Shown here piece by piece: positions 10,288-19,214 of a stretch of DNA of 64,000 bases. The notes under the pieces were generated by a model, which worked only from the letters and a program-made list of their open reading frames with translations, was not told the origin of the DNA and searched no databases. The DNA lies in contig JAZNCK010000093.1 in NCBI GenBank assembly GCA_045587505.1, positions 232 to 64,231 of the forward strand, written 5' to 3'. Each line of letters begins with the position of its first letter. Positions within the stretch are counted from its first letter, which is position 1. Origin of the DNA: Acutalibacteraceae bacterium. GTDB taxonomy: Bacteria; Bacillota; Clostridia; Oscillospirales; Acutalibacteraceae. The position numbers and the translations under genes were made by a program.

Positions 10288-11103
10288 ATGCTTAAAAACC
10301 GTAACAATCTTAAAAAGAGCAACGAGGTTGTACTTATACCTGCACGTATGATATTACCAAACCCTCATCAGCCCAGAAAGAATTTCAATTGGGACGACCT
10401 TGAGGGTCTTGCTGAAAGTATACATCATAACGGGCTTTTACAACCTATTACTGTCAGACGTAAGGAAAACGGAAGATATGAGCTTATTTCCGGTGAACGT
10501 CGACTGCGTGCATGCAAAATGGCAGGACTTTCGGCAATTCCTTCAATTATAATTGATATAGATGAGGAGAAATCAGCATTGCTTGCTGTGATTGAAAATC
10601 TGCAAAGGGAAAATCTTCATTTTTTTGAGGAAGCAATGGCTATAGAAAGACTTATTAAAGGTTTCGGATTAACTCAGGACGAAGTTTCACGCAAACTTGG
10701 TAAATCACAATCTGCATTATCAAATAAATTGCGTATTCTGCGTCTGCCGGATGAAATACGTTATAATATAATGATTTACGGTCTTACTGAGCGTCACGCG
10801 CGCGCATTATTACGGTTGCCGACAACTGCACTTATGGAACAGGTAACAGACTCAATTGTCGAGCAGGGACTAAGCGTGAGTGCAACAGAACAGTTAATAT
10901 GCGATATTCTTACAAAAAATCCCGATAAAGAGAAAAAGGGGAAGAAGGTAATGGTTTTTAAAGACGTACGAATATTTATAAATACCTTGAACCACGCTGT
11001 TAGTACCATGCGCAAAAGCGGAATCAATGCAAAAGCCACAAAAAATGAGACTGAAGAATATATAGAATACATTGTGAAGATAAATAAACCTCAGGTACAG
11101 TAG
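10288..11103 (+). CDS. ParB/Noc-family DNA-binding protein (ParB paralog upstream of soj)
   Basis: NPHQPRK and LLQPITVR...ISGERRLRA ParB boxes plus an HTH segment. It occupies the position Noc holds in Bacilli. I see no obvious N-terminal amphipathic helix. Confidence 0.8.
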   Translation: MLKNRNNLKKSNEVVLIPARMILPNPHQPRKNFNWDDLEGLAESIHHNGLLQPITVRRKENGRYELISGERRLRACKMAGLSAIPSIIIDIDEEKSALLAVIENLQRENLHFFEEAMAIERLIKGFGLTQDEVSRKLGKSQSALSNKLRILRLPDEIRYNIMIYGLTERHARALLRLPTTALMEQVTDSIVEQGLSVSATEQLICDILTKNPDKEKKGKKVMVFKDVRIFINTLNHAVSTMRKSGINAKATKNETEEYIEYIVKINKPQVQ

Positions 11104-11105
11104 AA

Positions 11106-11121
11106 TGTTTCACGTGAAACT
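11106..11121. promoter_or_regulatory. parS site (15/16 match)
   Basis: TGTTTCACGTGAAACT lies in the ParB-paralog/soj intergenic region. Confidence 0.7.
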
Positions 11122-11142
11122 TAAAAAGGGGAGCAGTAACCC

Positions 11143-11158
11143 TGTTTCACGTGAAACA
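11143..11158. promoter_or_regulatory. parS site (perfect 16-mer)
   Basis: TGTTTCACGTGAAACA, 37 bp from the previous copy. Confidence 0.8.
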
Positions 11159-11268
11159 TTTATGTTTTTATAAAAAATGTGTTTTTACACTTTAATTTTT
11201 AAAATCTTTGTGTTATAATTAAAATCTACAATATAAATGTAATTTACTATTTTTTGGAGTAGATATAA

Positions 11269-12048
11269 ATGGCAAAAACGATAGCAGTTGTTAATCAGAA
11301 GGGTGGTGTAGGTAAAACTACATCCACAGTCAATCTTGCGGCAAGCATTGCTGCTAAAGGTTACCGTGTTCTGCTTGCAGATATCGATCCTCAGGGCAAT
11401 GCAACAAGCGGACTCGGTGTAAACAAACGAGAACTCAAAAATTCATCATACGATGTGCTTGTAAATTCATTACAAATAGAAAAAACTATGATTAAAACGG
11501 AATTTGATAACCTTTGGGTACTTCCGTCGAGTATGAATCTTGCAGGTGCAGAGCTTGAACTTGTTGACATGAACAGGCGAGAGGCAAAACTTAAAAATTC
11601 CCTTGCGCTTATAAAGGACAGTTTTGACTTTATTTTTCTTGATTGTCCACCGTCGCTTGGTCTGCTCACACTCAATGCTCTTTGTGCGGCAGATACCGTT
11701 CTTGTTCCGATTCAATGCGAATACTATGCACTTGAAGGTCTTTCACAGCTTATGGCAACGATCCGTCAGGTAAAAAGACTCTATAATCCGTTGATTGATA
11801 TGGAAGGTGTCCTTCTTACAATGTTTGACGGCAGACTTAACCTCACACATCAGGTTGTTGATGAGCTTAAAAAGTTTTTCCCGAGAAAAGTATATACAAC
11901 GGTAATTCCGCGTAATGTAAAGCTTTCTGAAGCTCCGAGTTACGGCTTACCGATTGCATATTATGATAAAAATTCCAAAGGTGCACTTGCTTATGATGCA
12001 CTTGCAAATGAATTTTTAAAACTGAACGGCAAGGAGGTTAAGATTTAA
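11269..12048 (+). CDS. soj: Chromosome partitioning ATPase ParA/Soj
   Basis: NQKGGVGKTT deviant Walker A, plus DIDPQGNAT and DCPPSLG. Confidence 0.92.
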   Translation: MAKTIAVVNQKGGVGKTTSTVNLAASIAAKGYRVLLADIDPQGNATSGLGVNKRELKNSSYDVLVNSLQIEKTMIKTEFDNLWVLPSSMNLAGAELELVDMNRREAKLKNSLALIKDSFDFIFLDCPPSLGLLTLNALCAADTVLVPIQCEYYALEGLSQLMATIRQVKRLYNPLIDMEGVLLTMFDGRLNLTHQVVDELKKFFPRKVYTTVIPRNVKLSEAPSYGLPIAYYDKNSKGALAYDALANEFLKLNGKEVKI

Positions 12049-12914
12049 TGGCAGTTAAAAGAAACGGTCTGGGCAGGGGACTCGAATCTCTCTTTGTCGA
12101 TAATTCTGTTGAAGAGATAAATGCTTCGACAAATAAACTCAAACTAATGGAAATTGAGCCTAACCATGACCAGCCGAGAAAGATTTTTGACGAAAAGGCT
12201 TTATCTGAGCTTGCAGACAGCATTTCTCAACACGGTGTTCTTCAGCCCCTTGTTGTCCGTCCTTTAACAAACGGCGGCTATCAGCTTGTAGCAGGTGAAA
12301 GACGTTGGCGTGCGGCAAGAATTGCAGGGTTAAGTGAAGTACCTGTTATTATTAAAGAACTGACAGACGAGGAAACTATTGAAATTGCGATGGTTGAGAA
12401 TCTTCAGCGTGAAGATCTTAATCCGCTTGAAGAAGCACTCGGATACAGTTATATGATGAAAGAGCTTAAAATAACTCAGGAAGAAGCGGCAGAAAAAGTC
12501 GGTAAATCCCGTCCTGCGATTGCAAACTCTCTTCGTCTTTTAAAGCTTCCGGAAGAAATTCAGGAAATGATTAAAAATAATCTTATATCTGCAGGCCACG
12601 CAAGAGCATTGCTCGGTTTTGAAAAAACTGAGGATATGATTGCAACTGCAAATATGATTATAAAAGAGGATATTTCTGTCCGTCAGATTGAGGCGCTTGT
12701 GAAACTTTCAAAGAAAGCACCCAAAGAACCGAAACCTGAGAAGAAGAAAGAAAAGTTTTTCAGTGAAGTTGAACTTGCACTAAAAAACAATCTTGGCAGA
12801 AAGATTAAAATTAAACCCGCAGGTAAGAAAGGTGCAGGAATACTTGAGATTGAATTCTTTGATGAATCTGACCTTAAGAGTCTTGCATTAAACCTTGAAA
12901 ATTACGGAAAATAA
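12048..12914 (+). CDS. spo0J: Chromosome partitioning protein ParB/Spo0J
   Basis: GLGRGLESL, NHDQPRK, GVLQPLVVR and AGERRWRAA boxes. Overlaps the soj stop by 1 nt. Confidence 0.92.
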   Translation: MAVKRNGLGRGLESLFVDNSVEEINASTNKLKLMEIEPNHDQPRKIFDEKALSELADSISQHGVLQPLVVRPLTNGGYQLVAGERRWRAARIAGLSEVPVIIKELTDEETIEIAMVENLQREDLNPLEEALGYSYMMKELKITQEEAAEKVGKSRPAIANSLRLLKLPEEIQEMIKNNLISAGHARALLGFEKTEDMIATANMIIKEDISVRQIEALVKLSKKAPKEPKPEKKKEKFFSEVELALKNNLGRKIKIKPAGKKGAGILEIEFFDESDLKSLALNLENYGK

Positions 12915-12935
12915 TATTTATCAGGAGTGATAAAA

Positions 12936-14204
12936 ATGTTAGATATCAAACTAATCAGAGAAAATCCCGACTTGGTCAAGGCAGCGATGAAGTCGAGAAA
13001 TAAAGACATGGACGCACTTGTTGACGAAGTTCTTGCAATTGACGTTGAGCGTCGCGAGCTTATGCAGATTACTGATGCAATGAAACAGGAGCAGAATTCA
13101 GCAAGCAAGCAGATTCCTCAGATCAAAAAAGCCGGCGGAGACATTTCCGAAATTATGGCTCGTATGAACGAGATCAAGGAAAAAGTTAAAGCAAACGATG
13201 CTGCTATCGCTGAACTTGACAAGAAGCAGAAAACAATTATGTATGAGTTCCCGAATGTTCCGAACGAAAGTGTTCCTCAGGGTAAGGATGACAGCGAAAA
13301 CGTTGAAATCCGCCGTTACGGTGAACCCAGAGAATTCAGCTTTGAGCCAAAAGCACATTGGGATATCGGCGCAGATCTTGGCATTCTTGATCCGGAAACA
13401 GCTGCAAAAGTTACAGGCACACGTTTTCATTTCTACAAAGGACTCGGTGCACGTCTTGAAAGAGCTATTATAAACTTCTTCCTTAACACTCATACTGAGA
13501 ACGGATATACAGAAGTTCTTCCTCCGTTCCTTGTAAACCGTGCTTCAATGACAGGTACAGGTCAGCTTCCTAAGTTTGAAGAAGATGCATTCAAAACAAC
13601 TGACGATTTCTTCCTTATTCCTACAGCAGAAGTTCCTGTAACAAATATGCTCAGGGATGAAATTATTGACGGCAGTAAACTTCCTATCAGCTATTGTGCT
13701 TATTCTGCATGCTTCCGTGCAGAGGCAGGTTCAGCAGGACGTGATACAAGAGGTCTTATCCGTCAGCATCAGTTTAATAAAGTTGAGCTTGTTAAGTTTG
13801 TTGACCCCGAAACTTCTTATGATGAGCTCGAAAAACTTACAAACGATGCAGAAAGAGTTCTTCAGCTTCTCGGTCTTCCTCACAGAGTTGTATGCCTCTC
13901 AACAGGTGACATCGGTTTCTCATCAGCAAAGACTTATGATATTGAAGTATGGATGCCTTCTTACGGCAGATATGTTGAGATTTCTTCCTGCTCAAACTTT
14001 GAAGATTTCCAGGCACGCCGTGCTGCAATCAGATTTAAAAAAGATCCGAAAGCAAAGACACAGCTTGTTCACACACTTAACGGTTCAGGTGTTGCAGTCG
14101 GCAGAACAGTTGCAGCAATCCTCGAAAACTTCCAGAATGAGGACGGCACAGTAACAATTCCTGAAGTTCTTGTTCCGTACATGGGTACAGATATTATTAA
14201 ATAA
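12936..14204 (+). CDS. serS: Seryl-tRNA synthetase
   Basis: [11 protein letters not shown]-terminus with a coiled-coil arm. Class II motifs [21 protein letters not shown] and [24 protein letters not shown] 8 nt before the ATG at 12936. Confidence 0.95.
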   Translation: MLDIKLIRENPDLVKAAMKSRNKDMDALVDEVLAIDVERRELMQITDAMKQEQNSASKQIPQIKKAGGDISEIMARMNEIKEKVKANDAAIAELDKKQKTIMYEFPNVPNESVPQGKDDSENVEIRRYGEPREFSFEPKAHWDIGADLGILDPETAAKVTGTRFHFYKGLGARLERAIINFFLNTHTENGYTEVLPPFLVNRASMTGTGQLPKFEEDAFKTTDDFFLIPTAEVPVTNMLRDEIIDGSKLPISYCAYSACFRAEAGSAGRDTRGLIRQHQFNKVELVKFVDPETSYDELEKLTNDAERVLQLLGLPHRVVCLSTGDIGFSSAKTYDIEVWMPSYGRYVEISSCSNFEDFQARRAAIRFKKDPKAKTQLVHTLNGSGVAVGRTVAAILENFQNEDGTVTIPEVLVPYMGTDIIK

Positions 14205-14222
14205 GTTATACAAAAAATTAAG

Positions 14223-14257
14223 CAGTAGCTTTCAACCGAAAGTTACTGCTTTTTTTA
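14223..14257. terminator. Bidirectional intrinsic terminator between the convergent serS and remB
   Basis: GCAGTAGCTTTC-AACC-GAAAGTTACTGC hairpin, flanked by an A-run upstream and T7 downstream. Confidence 0.7.
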
Positions 14258-14527
14258 TTCCTTAATATAATTTACATTTTCAATTCGCTTTAACAAAGTT
14301 ACACTTGAAATAGGGGAGATGTACATAGTTTTTTCTTTGGTCTTTCCGTCATAAGTAAGAATAAAAGATTTTGGTAATTCAAAACTTACATTAACAACTC
14401 TTTTTGCTTTTGACATCATAGAAAGAAAATCACGGGTTGATTTCATAACAGTTGATGTATCAAGGTCAAATATTCCAATGATTTCATCTGTTTTTATAAT
14501 TGTATCCTGACCAAGATGCAAAAACAT
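14255..14527 (-). CDS. remB: DUF370 protein (RemB/YaaB-like)
   Basis: About 90 aa, N-terminus MFLHLGQDTII...IIGIFDLD. It sits directly downstream of recF, as in Bacillus. Confidence 0.7.
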   Translation of the reverse strand: MFLHLGQDTIIKTDEIIGIFDLDTSTVMKSTRDFLSMMSKAKRVVNVSFELPKSFILTYDGKTKEKTMYISPISSVTLLKRIENVNYIKE

Positions 14528-14538
14528 AATCTCACCCT

Positions 14539-15633
14539 TTATTTTTTTACTTTTCCGTCAGCAATTTTAAATGTTTTATCTGACTTAATTTTTCTCAAAT
14601 GTGACCTGTCACAGCAGGTAACGAATACCTGCCAACCGTCAAAATATTTTATAAGATATTTTTGTCTCTTACCGTCAAGCTCACTCATAACATCGTCAAG
14701 CAAAGCAATCGGTTGTTCACCGGAATACTTTCTGAGAATAGATGCTTCACTTAATTTAAGAGCCAATGCACAAGAACGCTGCTGACCCTGCGAACCGTAA
14801 CTTCGTGCATCCATACCGCTGAGCATAATGTTAAGGTCATCCTTATGCGGACCGACACTTGTTGCAAGACGCATAATATCTTTTTTATGATTTTTAACAG
14901 ACTCATTATAAATAATTTCTGCCCATTCGTTTGCGTTTGTACCTGTTTCTTTTAAAGAATTGAGATATAAAACCTCCATCTGCTCACGGTCGGAAGAAAT
15001 TTCTCTGTAAACATCAGCAGAAAATTCTTTTAAATCATTTATATAATTCAATCTGTAATCAATGATACGACCGCCATAACGGGCAATTTCCTCATTAAAG
15101 GCGAATAGTAAATCTTCACCGCGCGAGGTTTGATTTATCTGCTTTAAAAGCGCATTACGCTGGAAGACAGCCTTGTTATACTTTGAAAGTAAAACAGCGT
15201 AATTCGGCCTCACAAGGCTTATTGCGATGTCGAGAAATTTTCTCTTTTCCGACGGACCGTCCTTTATAACAGAAAGAACAGACGGTGAAAAAACCACCGC
15301 CTGAAATTCTCCTAAAAATTTTCTCGGTGAGATCTGTCTGATACCGTTAAGATATGCCTCTTTCTGACTTTCGATAATCAGTTTTGCATTCTGCTGTCTT
15401 TCATAAGAAAAGAAATCCATATAAATTTCCGAAAAATCAGAGTCTTTTTTGATAAGTTCAGTATTTTTTCTTGTCCTGAAACTGTTGCAACCTGTGAACA
15501 ACCATATACTTTCGATAATATTAGTCTTACCGTGACCGTTTTCGCCATAAATTACGTTAATTCCGTTCACAGGTTCAATTTCAATATGCTCGATGTTTCG
15601 AAAATTTTTGATTACATGGTTTTCAATATTCAT
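14539..15633 (-). CDS. recF: DNA replication/repair protein RecF
   Basis: NFRN, GENGHGKTNIIE Walker A, the SQGQQRS signature and LLDDVMSELD Walker B. Confidence 0.92.
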   Translation of the reverse strand: MNIENHVIKNFRNIEHIEIEPVNGINVIYGENGHGKTNIIESIWLFTGCNSFRTRKNTELIKKDSDFSEIYMDFFSYERQQNAKLIIESQKEAYLNGIRQISPRKFLGEFQAVVFSPSVLSVIKDGPSEKRKFLDIAISLVRPNYAVLLSKYNKAVFQRNALLKQINQTSRGEDLLFAFNEEIARYGGRIIDYRLNYINDLKEFSADVYREISSDREQMEVLYLNSLKETGTNANEWAEIIYNESVKNHKKDIMRLATSVGPHKDDLNIMLSGMDARSYGSQGQQRSCALALKLSEASILRKYSGEQPIALLDDVMSELDGKRQKYLIKYFDGWQVFVTCCDRSHLRKIKSDKTFKIADGKVKK

Positions 15634-15634
15634 A

Positions 15635-15886
15635 TCAAACTATCTCGTAAACCGTATTTTCAAATTCTACTTTATCACCCGGATGAAGTTTTTTACCTCT
15701 CTGGGTGCAAACCTCGTTATTTACCTTTATTTCTCCATCCTGGATAACAATTTTTGCATGACCGCCTGACTGAACAGCATCACAGAGCTTCAAAAATGCA
15801 TCAAGTCGGATAAATTCAGTATGAATACTTTTCCGGACAACGGGTTTTTCTTTTATTTTTAATCTTATTTTTCTTTTATCAATCAT
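15635..15886 (-). CDS. yaaA: S4-domain RNA-binding protein YaaA
   Basis: Small protein with IRLDAFLKL...GGHAKIVIQDGEIKVNNEV..RGKKLHPGD. Lies between dnaN and recF as in Bacillus. Confidence 0.7.
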   Translation of the reverse strand: MIDKRKIRLKIKEKPVVRKSIHTEFIRLDAFLKLCDAVQSGGHAKIVIQDGEIKVNNEVCTQRGKKLHPGDKVEFENTVYEIV

Positions 15887-17000
15887 TTTTCTTCAACCTC
15901 ACGGGAAGAACAAGGAAAATAAAGCTTTCACCCTCTGTCGGAAGGATAAGAATAGGTGAAATTGCACCGTTGAGCTGAATCTTGACTCTGTCGGTGTTGC
16001 AAGCCTTGAGTGCATCGAGGAGATAACGGTTATTGAAACCGATTTCTACTCTGTTACCCTCAACATCTGCAGGAACTTTATCGTTAGCCGTACCGAGTGC
16101 TGCAATACTTGAAATTCTGATAAAATCAGTATCAAAAACGCAATTGATAAGGCTCTTTGTTCTGTCTGTAATAATAAGTGATGTTCTTTCAATACTGTCA
16201 ATCAGGCTTCTTGTATCAACTTCAACACTTGTTGAAACAGAAACAGGAATAGTTGACTTATAGTTAAGGAATTCACCTTCAAGAAGACGTGAAATAATGC
16301 TGTATCCGTTAACTTCAAAAATAATATGACGGTTACCGAGGCTCAGCGAAACAATGCTGTCTTCATTTTCCGCATCTTCAACAGAAAGTTTAATAATTTC
16401 GGACATTGTTTTTGCGGGAACAATGAATGTCATATCTTCGCCGTTATAATCTATTTTTTCTGTACGGATAGCCATTCTGAATCCGTCAACGGCGATAAGT
16501 TTTAATTCACCGTCGGATATTTCAAATCTGATTCCGGTATAAACAACCTTTGCATCTGTAACTGCAACAGCAAAAATTGTCTGTTTAACCATTTCAGAAA
16601 GAAGTTTTCTGTTAATTTCAATTGAAAATCCGCCCTGAACAGTTGGTAATTCGGGATAATCTTCTGCAGAGATACCCATAATCTCATATTTTATATCGCC
16701 ACTGCGGATAACTGCAAAATTTCTCTCGTCACATTCGATTGTAACTGTCTGGTTAGGAATACGGCGAAGAATTTCGCAAAGTACCTTAGCATTAAGAACA
16801 ATTGAACCGGCTTCTTCAATTTTTGCATAAATTGTTGTATTGATGCCGATTTCAAGGTCATAACCGGTAAGGTTAAGTTCGCTGTTGGCAGCTTTGATAA
16901 GAATACCCTCAGTACCCGGTATTGATGACTTTGCAGAAACTGCTCTCTGCACGTTCTGGCAAGCTGTTGAGAGTGTTGAAGTTTCGCAGACGAATTTCAT
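15879..17000 (-). CDS. dnaN: DNA polymerase III beta sliding clamp
   Basis: MKFVCETSTL start at 17000 with GGAGG 8 nt upstream. Three-domain clamp length and an LVLPVRL-type C-terminus. The ORF-track extension to 17108 runs through the AT-rich/TAG tract and is rejected. Confidence 0.9.
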   Translation of the reverse strand: MKFVCETSTLSTACQNVQRAVSAKSSIPGTEGILIKAANSELNLTGYDLEIGINTTIYAKIEEAGSIVLNAKVLCEILRRIPNQTVTIECDERNFAVIRSGDIKYEIMGISAEDYPELPTVQGGFSIEINRKLLSEMVKQTIFAVAVTDAKVVYTGIRFEISDGELKLIAVDGFRMAIRTEKIDYNGEDMTFIVPAKTMSEIIKLSVEDAENEDSIVSLSLGNRHIIFEVNGYSIISRLLEGEFLNYKSTIPVSVSTSVEVDTRSLIDSIERTSLIITDRTKSLINCVFDTDFIRISSIAALGTANDKVPADVEGNRVEIGFNNRYLLDALKACNTDRVKIQLNGAISPILILPTEGESFIFLVLPVRLKKND

Positions 17001-17020
17001 TGTTATTCCTCCGTTCAGGA

Positions 17021-17067
17021 AATTTAATAATATATTATATATATATTTAAGTAGTAGTAGTAGGGGC
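17021..17067. other. oriC unwinding element: AT-only tract, DnaA-trio repeats, GC cluster
   Basis: 17021-17050 contains only A and T. AAG TAG TAG TAG TAG runs 17049-17063 and is followed by GGGGC. Confidence 0.65.
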
Positions 17068-17076
17068 TGTTTAAAG

Positions 17077-17231
17077 TGTGGAAAGTTGCCGGATGCTTGT
17101 ATCATCAAGGTTTTTCAGCAAAAATTTTAAACAGTCGGGTTGTTTATAATTTGTGGAAAAAACTGTTAAATAAAAGTCACTGTGGAAAGTGTGGAATGTT
17201 GTGGAAAGAATGTTGAAGAAAGTGTGGAAAA
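17077..17231. repeat. Cluster of six co-oriented DnaA-box-like 9-mers, TGTGGAA(A/T)(A/G)
   Basis: Copies start at 17077, 17152, 17181, 17190, 17200 and 17223. Each is 1-2 mismatches from TGTGGATAA. Three are tandem at 9-10 bp spacing. Confidence 0.7.
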
Positions 17232-17256
17232 GAAGTTATATAAATATAAAACCTTT

Positions 17257-17856
17257 TTATAAAATCTGTCTTCCTTCAATAGCCCTTGTGAGTGTAATTT
17301 CATCGGCATATTCAAGATCGGCACCGACAGGAACACCGTAAGCAAGACGTGAAACTCTGATGCCGAGGGGTTTTATAAGACGTGAAATATACATCGCAGT
17401 TGCTTCTCCCTCAACGGTGGGATTAGTTGCCATGATAATTTCTTCAACAGTATCGTCAGAAAGTCTGCTGAGGAGTTCTTTTATCGTAATTTCATCAGGA
17501 CCTATGCCGTTCATAGGAGAAATTGAGCCGTGAAGCACGTGATACATACCGTTAAACTCGCGTGTACGTTCAATTGCTATAACATCCTTTGAATTTTCAA
17601 CCACGCAGATAACTGAGTGATCTCTTTTTTCGTCAAGGCAGATGTTACAGATATCTGAGTCTGTAAGGTCACAGCATACAGAGCAGCGGTGAATCTTCTC
17701 GTGTGCGAGCATAATAGTGTCGGCAAATCTCTTTGCTTCAGCATCTGTCATATTAAGAATATGAAAAGCTAATTTTTGTGCACTTTTATGTCCTATACCG
17801 GGCAGACGTTCAAACTGCTCAATAAGGTTGGCAAGAGGTACAACGTTGCGTGCCAT
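17257..17856 (-). CDS. recR: Recombination protein RecR
   Basis: LPGIGHKSAQKLAF helix-hairpin-helix, a C4 zinc finger (CSVCCDLTDSDICNIC) and a Toprim domain. Confidence 0.95.
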   Translation of the reverse strand: MARNVVPLANLIEQFERLPGIGHKSAQKLAFHILNMTDAEAKRFADTIMLAHEKIHRCSVCCDLTDSDICNICLDEKRDHSVICVVENSKDVIAIERTREFNGMYHVLHGSISPMNGIGPDEITIKELLSRLSDDTVEEIIMATNPTVEGEATAMYISRLIKPLGIRVSRLAYGVPVGADLEYADEITLTRAIEGRQIL

Positions 17857-18188
17857 CAGAAAAGACCCGGGATTGAAAGGCCGCCCTTAGCCTTTTCCAT
17901 ACCTTTTTCCATTGCATCGTTTGCCTTACGGATACTTTCGTTAAGTGCAGAAATAAGAAGATCTTCAAGCATTTCAATATCTTCAGGGTCAACTACATCA
18001 GGTTGCATTTTGATTGAAAGAACTTCGTGTGAACCGTTGACAGTTACTTCAACAGCACCGCCGCCGACAGAAGCAGTATATTCACTTGCTTCAACTTCTG
18101 CCTGGATACGTTCCATATCTTCCTGCATTTTCTGAATCTGCTTCATCATATTACCCTGGTTGGGTGCGTTTGGAATTCTTGCTTTCAT
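17856..18188 (-). CDS. ybaB: Nucleoid-associated protein YbaB/EbfC
   Basis: MMKQIQKMQEDMERIQAE...VEVTVNG; about 110 aa, lying between dnaX and recR. Confidence 0.9.
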   Translation of the reverse strand: MKARIPNAPNQGNMMKQIQKMQEDMERIQAEVEASEYTASVGGGAVEVTVNGSHEVLSIKMQPDVVDPEDIEMLEDLLISALNESIRKANDAMEKGMEKAKGGLSIPGLF

Positions 18189-18208
18189 TTTTTCATTATC
18201 CTTTCATA

Positions 18209-19201
18209 TTAAAGAGTGCTGTCCGTCATTTTTCTGAATACCGTATAGAGAAACGGGAAAATAAAAAAGACGGAAACAAATAATTTATTTTTTATAGAAA
18301 TGTCATTGCATTTTAAATAAGATGCAATATATTTTTTAAAATAATTTTTTATAGGTTTTCTGAATTTTTCTTCATTAGGTGTTCCTTTAATATTAAATCG
18401 GTAGGAAAGAAGAAGCTTCATACCTCTTTCAAGATAGAATGAAGAAGTAAGAGAATTTTTCAAAGCTGAAAATTTTTCAAAAGCTATAAAACGCGTCTCA
18501 ATCAGGTCAAACCATTTCTCGTGCCACACCTCTGTATAGCTGACGCTTTCAGTGTTTGTATAGTAGCAGTAAAGAGGGGAGTCGACGAGAAAAATTTTAC
18601 CTGCATTTATCCACAAATCGGCGCAGAAAACTGTGTCTTCACCGATTTTATAATCAGAAAATTTTTCACTCTTATCAATTAAGTCTTTACTGATAAGTTT
18701 CATACACGCAGATGTAAGCGTAAGCTCATTTTTCTCAACTAAATTCATATCATAAAAGTTGATAAATTCTTCGCTGAAACATTCGCGGCAGTTATAATTA
18801 AAATTTTTAACTTTAAATTCTGAGGTTTTTTCATACCGACAGACGGAAATTTTACAATCATTTTCTTTAATTGCTTTTAAAAGAAATTCATACATCTGCG
18901 GTTGAATAAAATCATCCGAATCGACAAAACCTATATAATTACCGTTTGCATTCTCAATACCGAAATTACGGGCAGAGGAAACACCTTTTCCCGGATTTCT
19001 GAGAGGCTTTATTCTGCTGTCTTTTTCCGAATATTTACTGATAATCTTAAAAGTGCTGTCTTCACTGTTATCATCAACGCAAAGCACTTCAAAATCAGAA
19101 AAAGTCTGATTGAGAATACTTTCAAGACAACGTGCAATATTTTTTTCTTCATTAAAAGACGGGACAATTATACTGATTAACGGTTTTTTGTCGTTACTCA
19201 T
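18209..19201 (-). CDS. Family 2 glycosyltransferase
   Basis: ISIIVPSFNEEKNI, VDDNSED and GFVDSDD (DxD) motifs, with a C-terminal hydrophobic segment. It looks more AT-rich than its neighbours by eye. Confidence 0.85.
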   Translation of the reverse strand: MSNDKKPLISIIVPSFNEEKNIARCLESILNQTFSDFEVLCVDDNSEDSTFKIISKYSEKDSRIKPLRNPGKGVSSARNFGIENANGNYIGFVDSDDFIQPQMYEFLLKAIKENDCKISVCRYEKTSEFKVKNFNYNCRECFSEEFINFYDMNLVEKNELTLTSACMKLISKDLIDKSEKFSDYKIGEDTVFCADLWINAGKIFLVDSPLYCYYTNTESVSYTEVWHEKWFDLIETRFIAFEKFSALKNSLTSSFYLERGMKLLLSYRFNIKGTPNEEKFRKPIKNYFKKYIASYLKCNDISIKNKLFVSVFFIFPFLYTVFRKMTDSTL

Positions 19202-19214
19202 GATAATTCACACC

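Noticed and set aside
12915-12935. Looked for a T-box leader upstream of serS
   Set aside because: Only about 20 nt separate spo0J from serS, so there is no room for a T-box. serS appears to be co-transcribed with the par genes.
17001-17108. 36-codon N-terminal extension of dnaN in the ORF track (MMIQASGNFPH...LLLLL...)
   Set aside because: The extension translates the AT-rich tract and the TAG repeats (CTA = Leu5). A GGAGG SD sits 8 nt before the internal ATG at 17000, which yields the canonical MKF... clamp N-terminus.
17077-17231. TGTGGAAA repeats considered as a CRISPR array or a mobile-element terminal repeat
   Set aside because: The units are only 9 nt with irregular 0-66 nt spacing. 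There are no cas or transposase genes. The motif, orientation and context next to dnaN fit DnaA boxes.
18607-18615. Perfect consensus DnaA box TTATCCACA inside the GT2 gene
   Set aside because: A single 9-mer is expected about once by chance in 64 kb when both strands are counted. There are no neighbouring boxes. It is noted under the GT2 finding but not called as a site.
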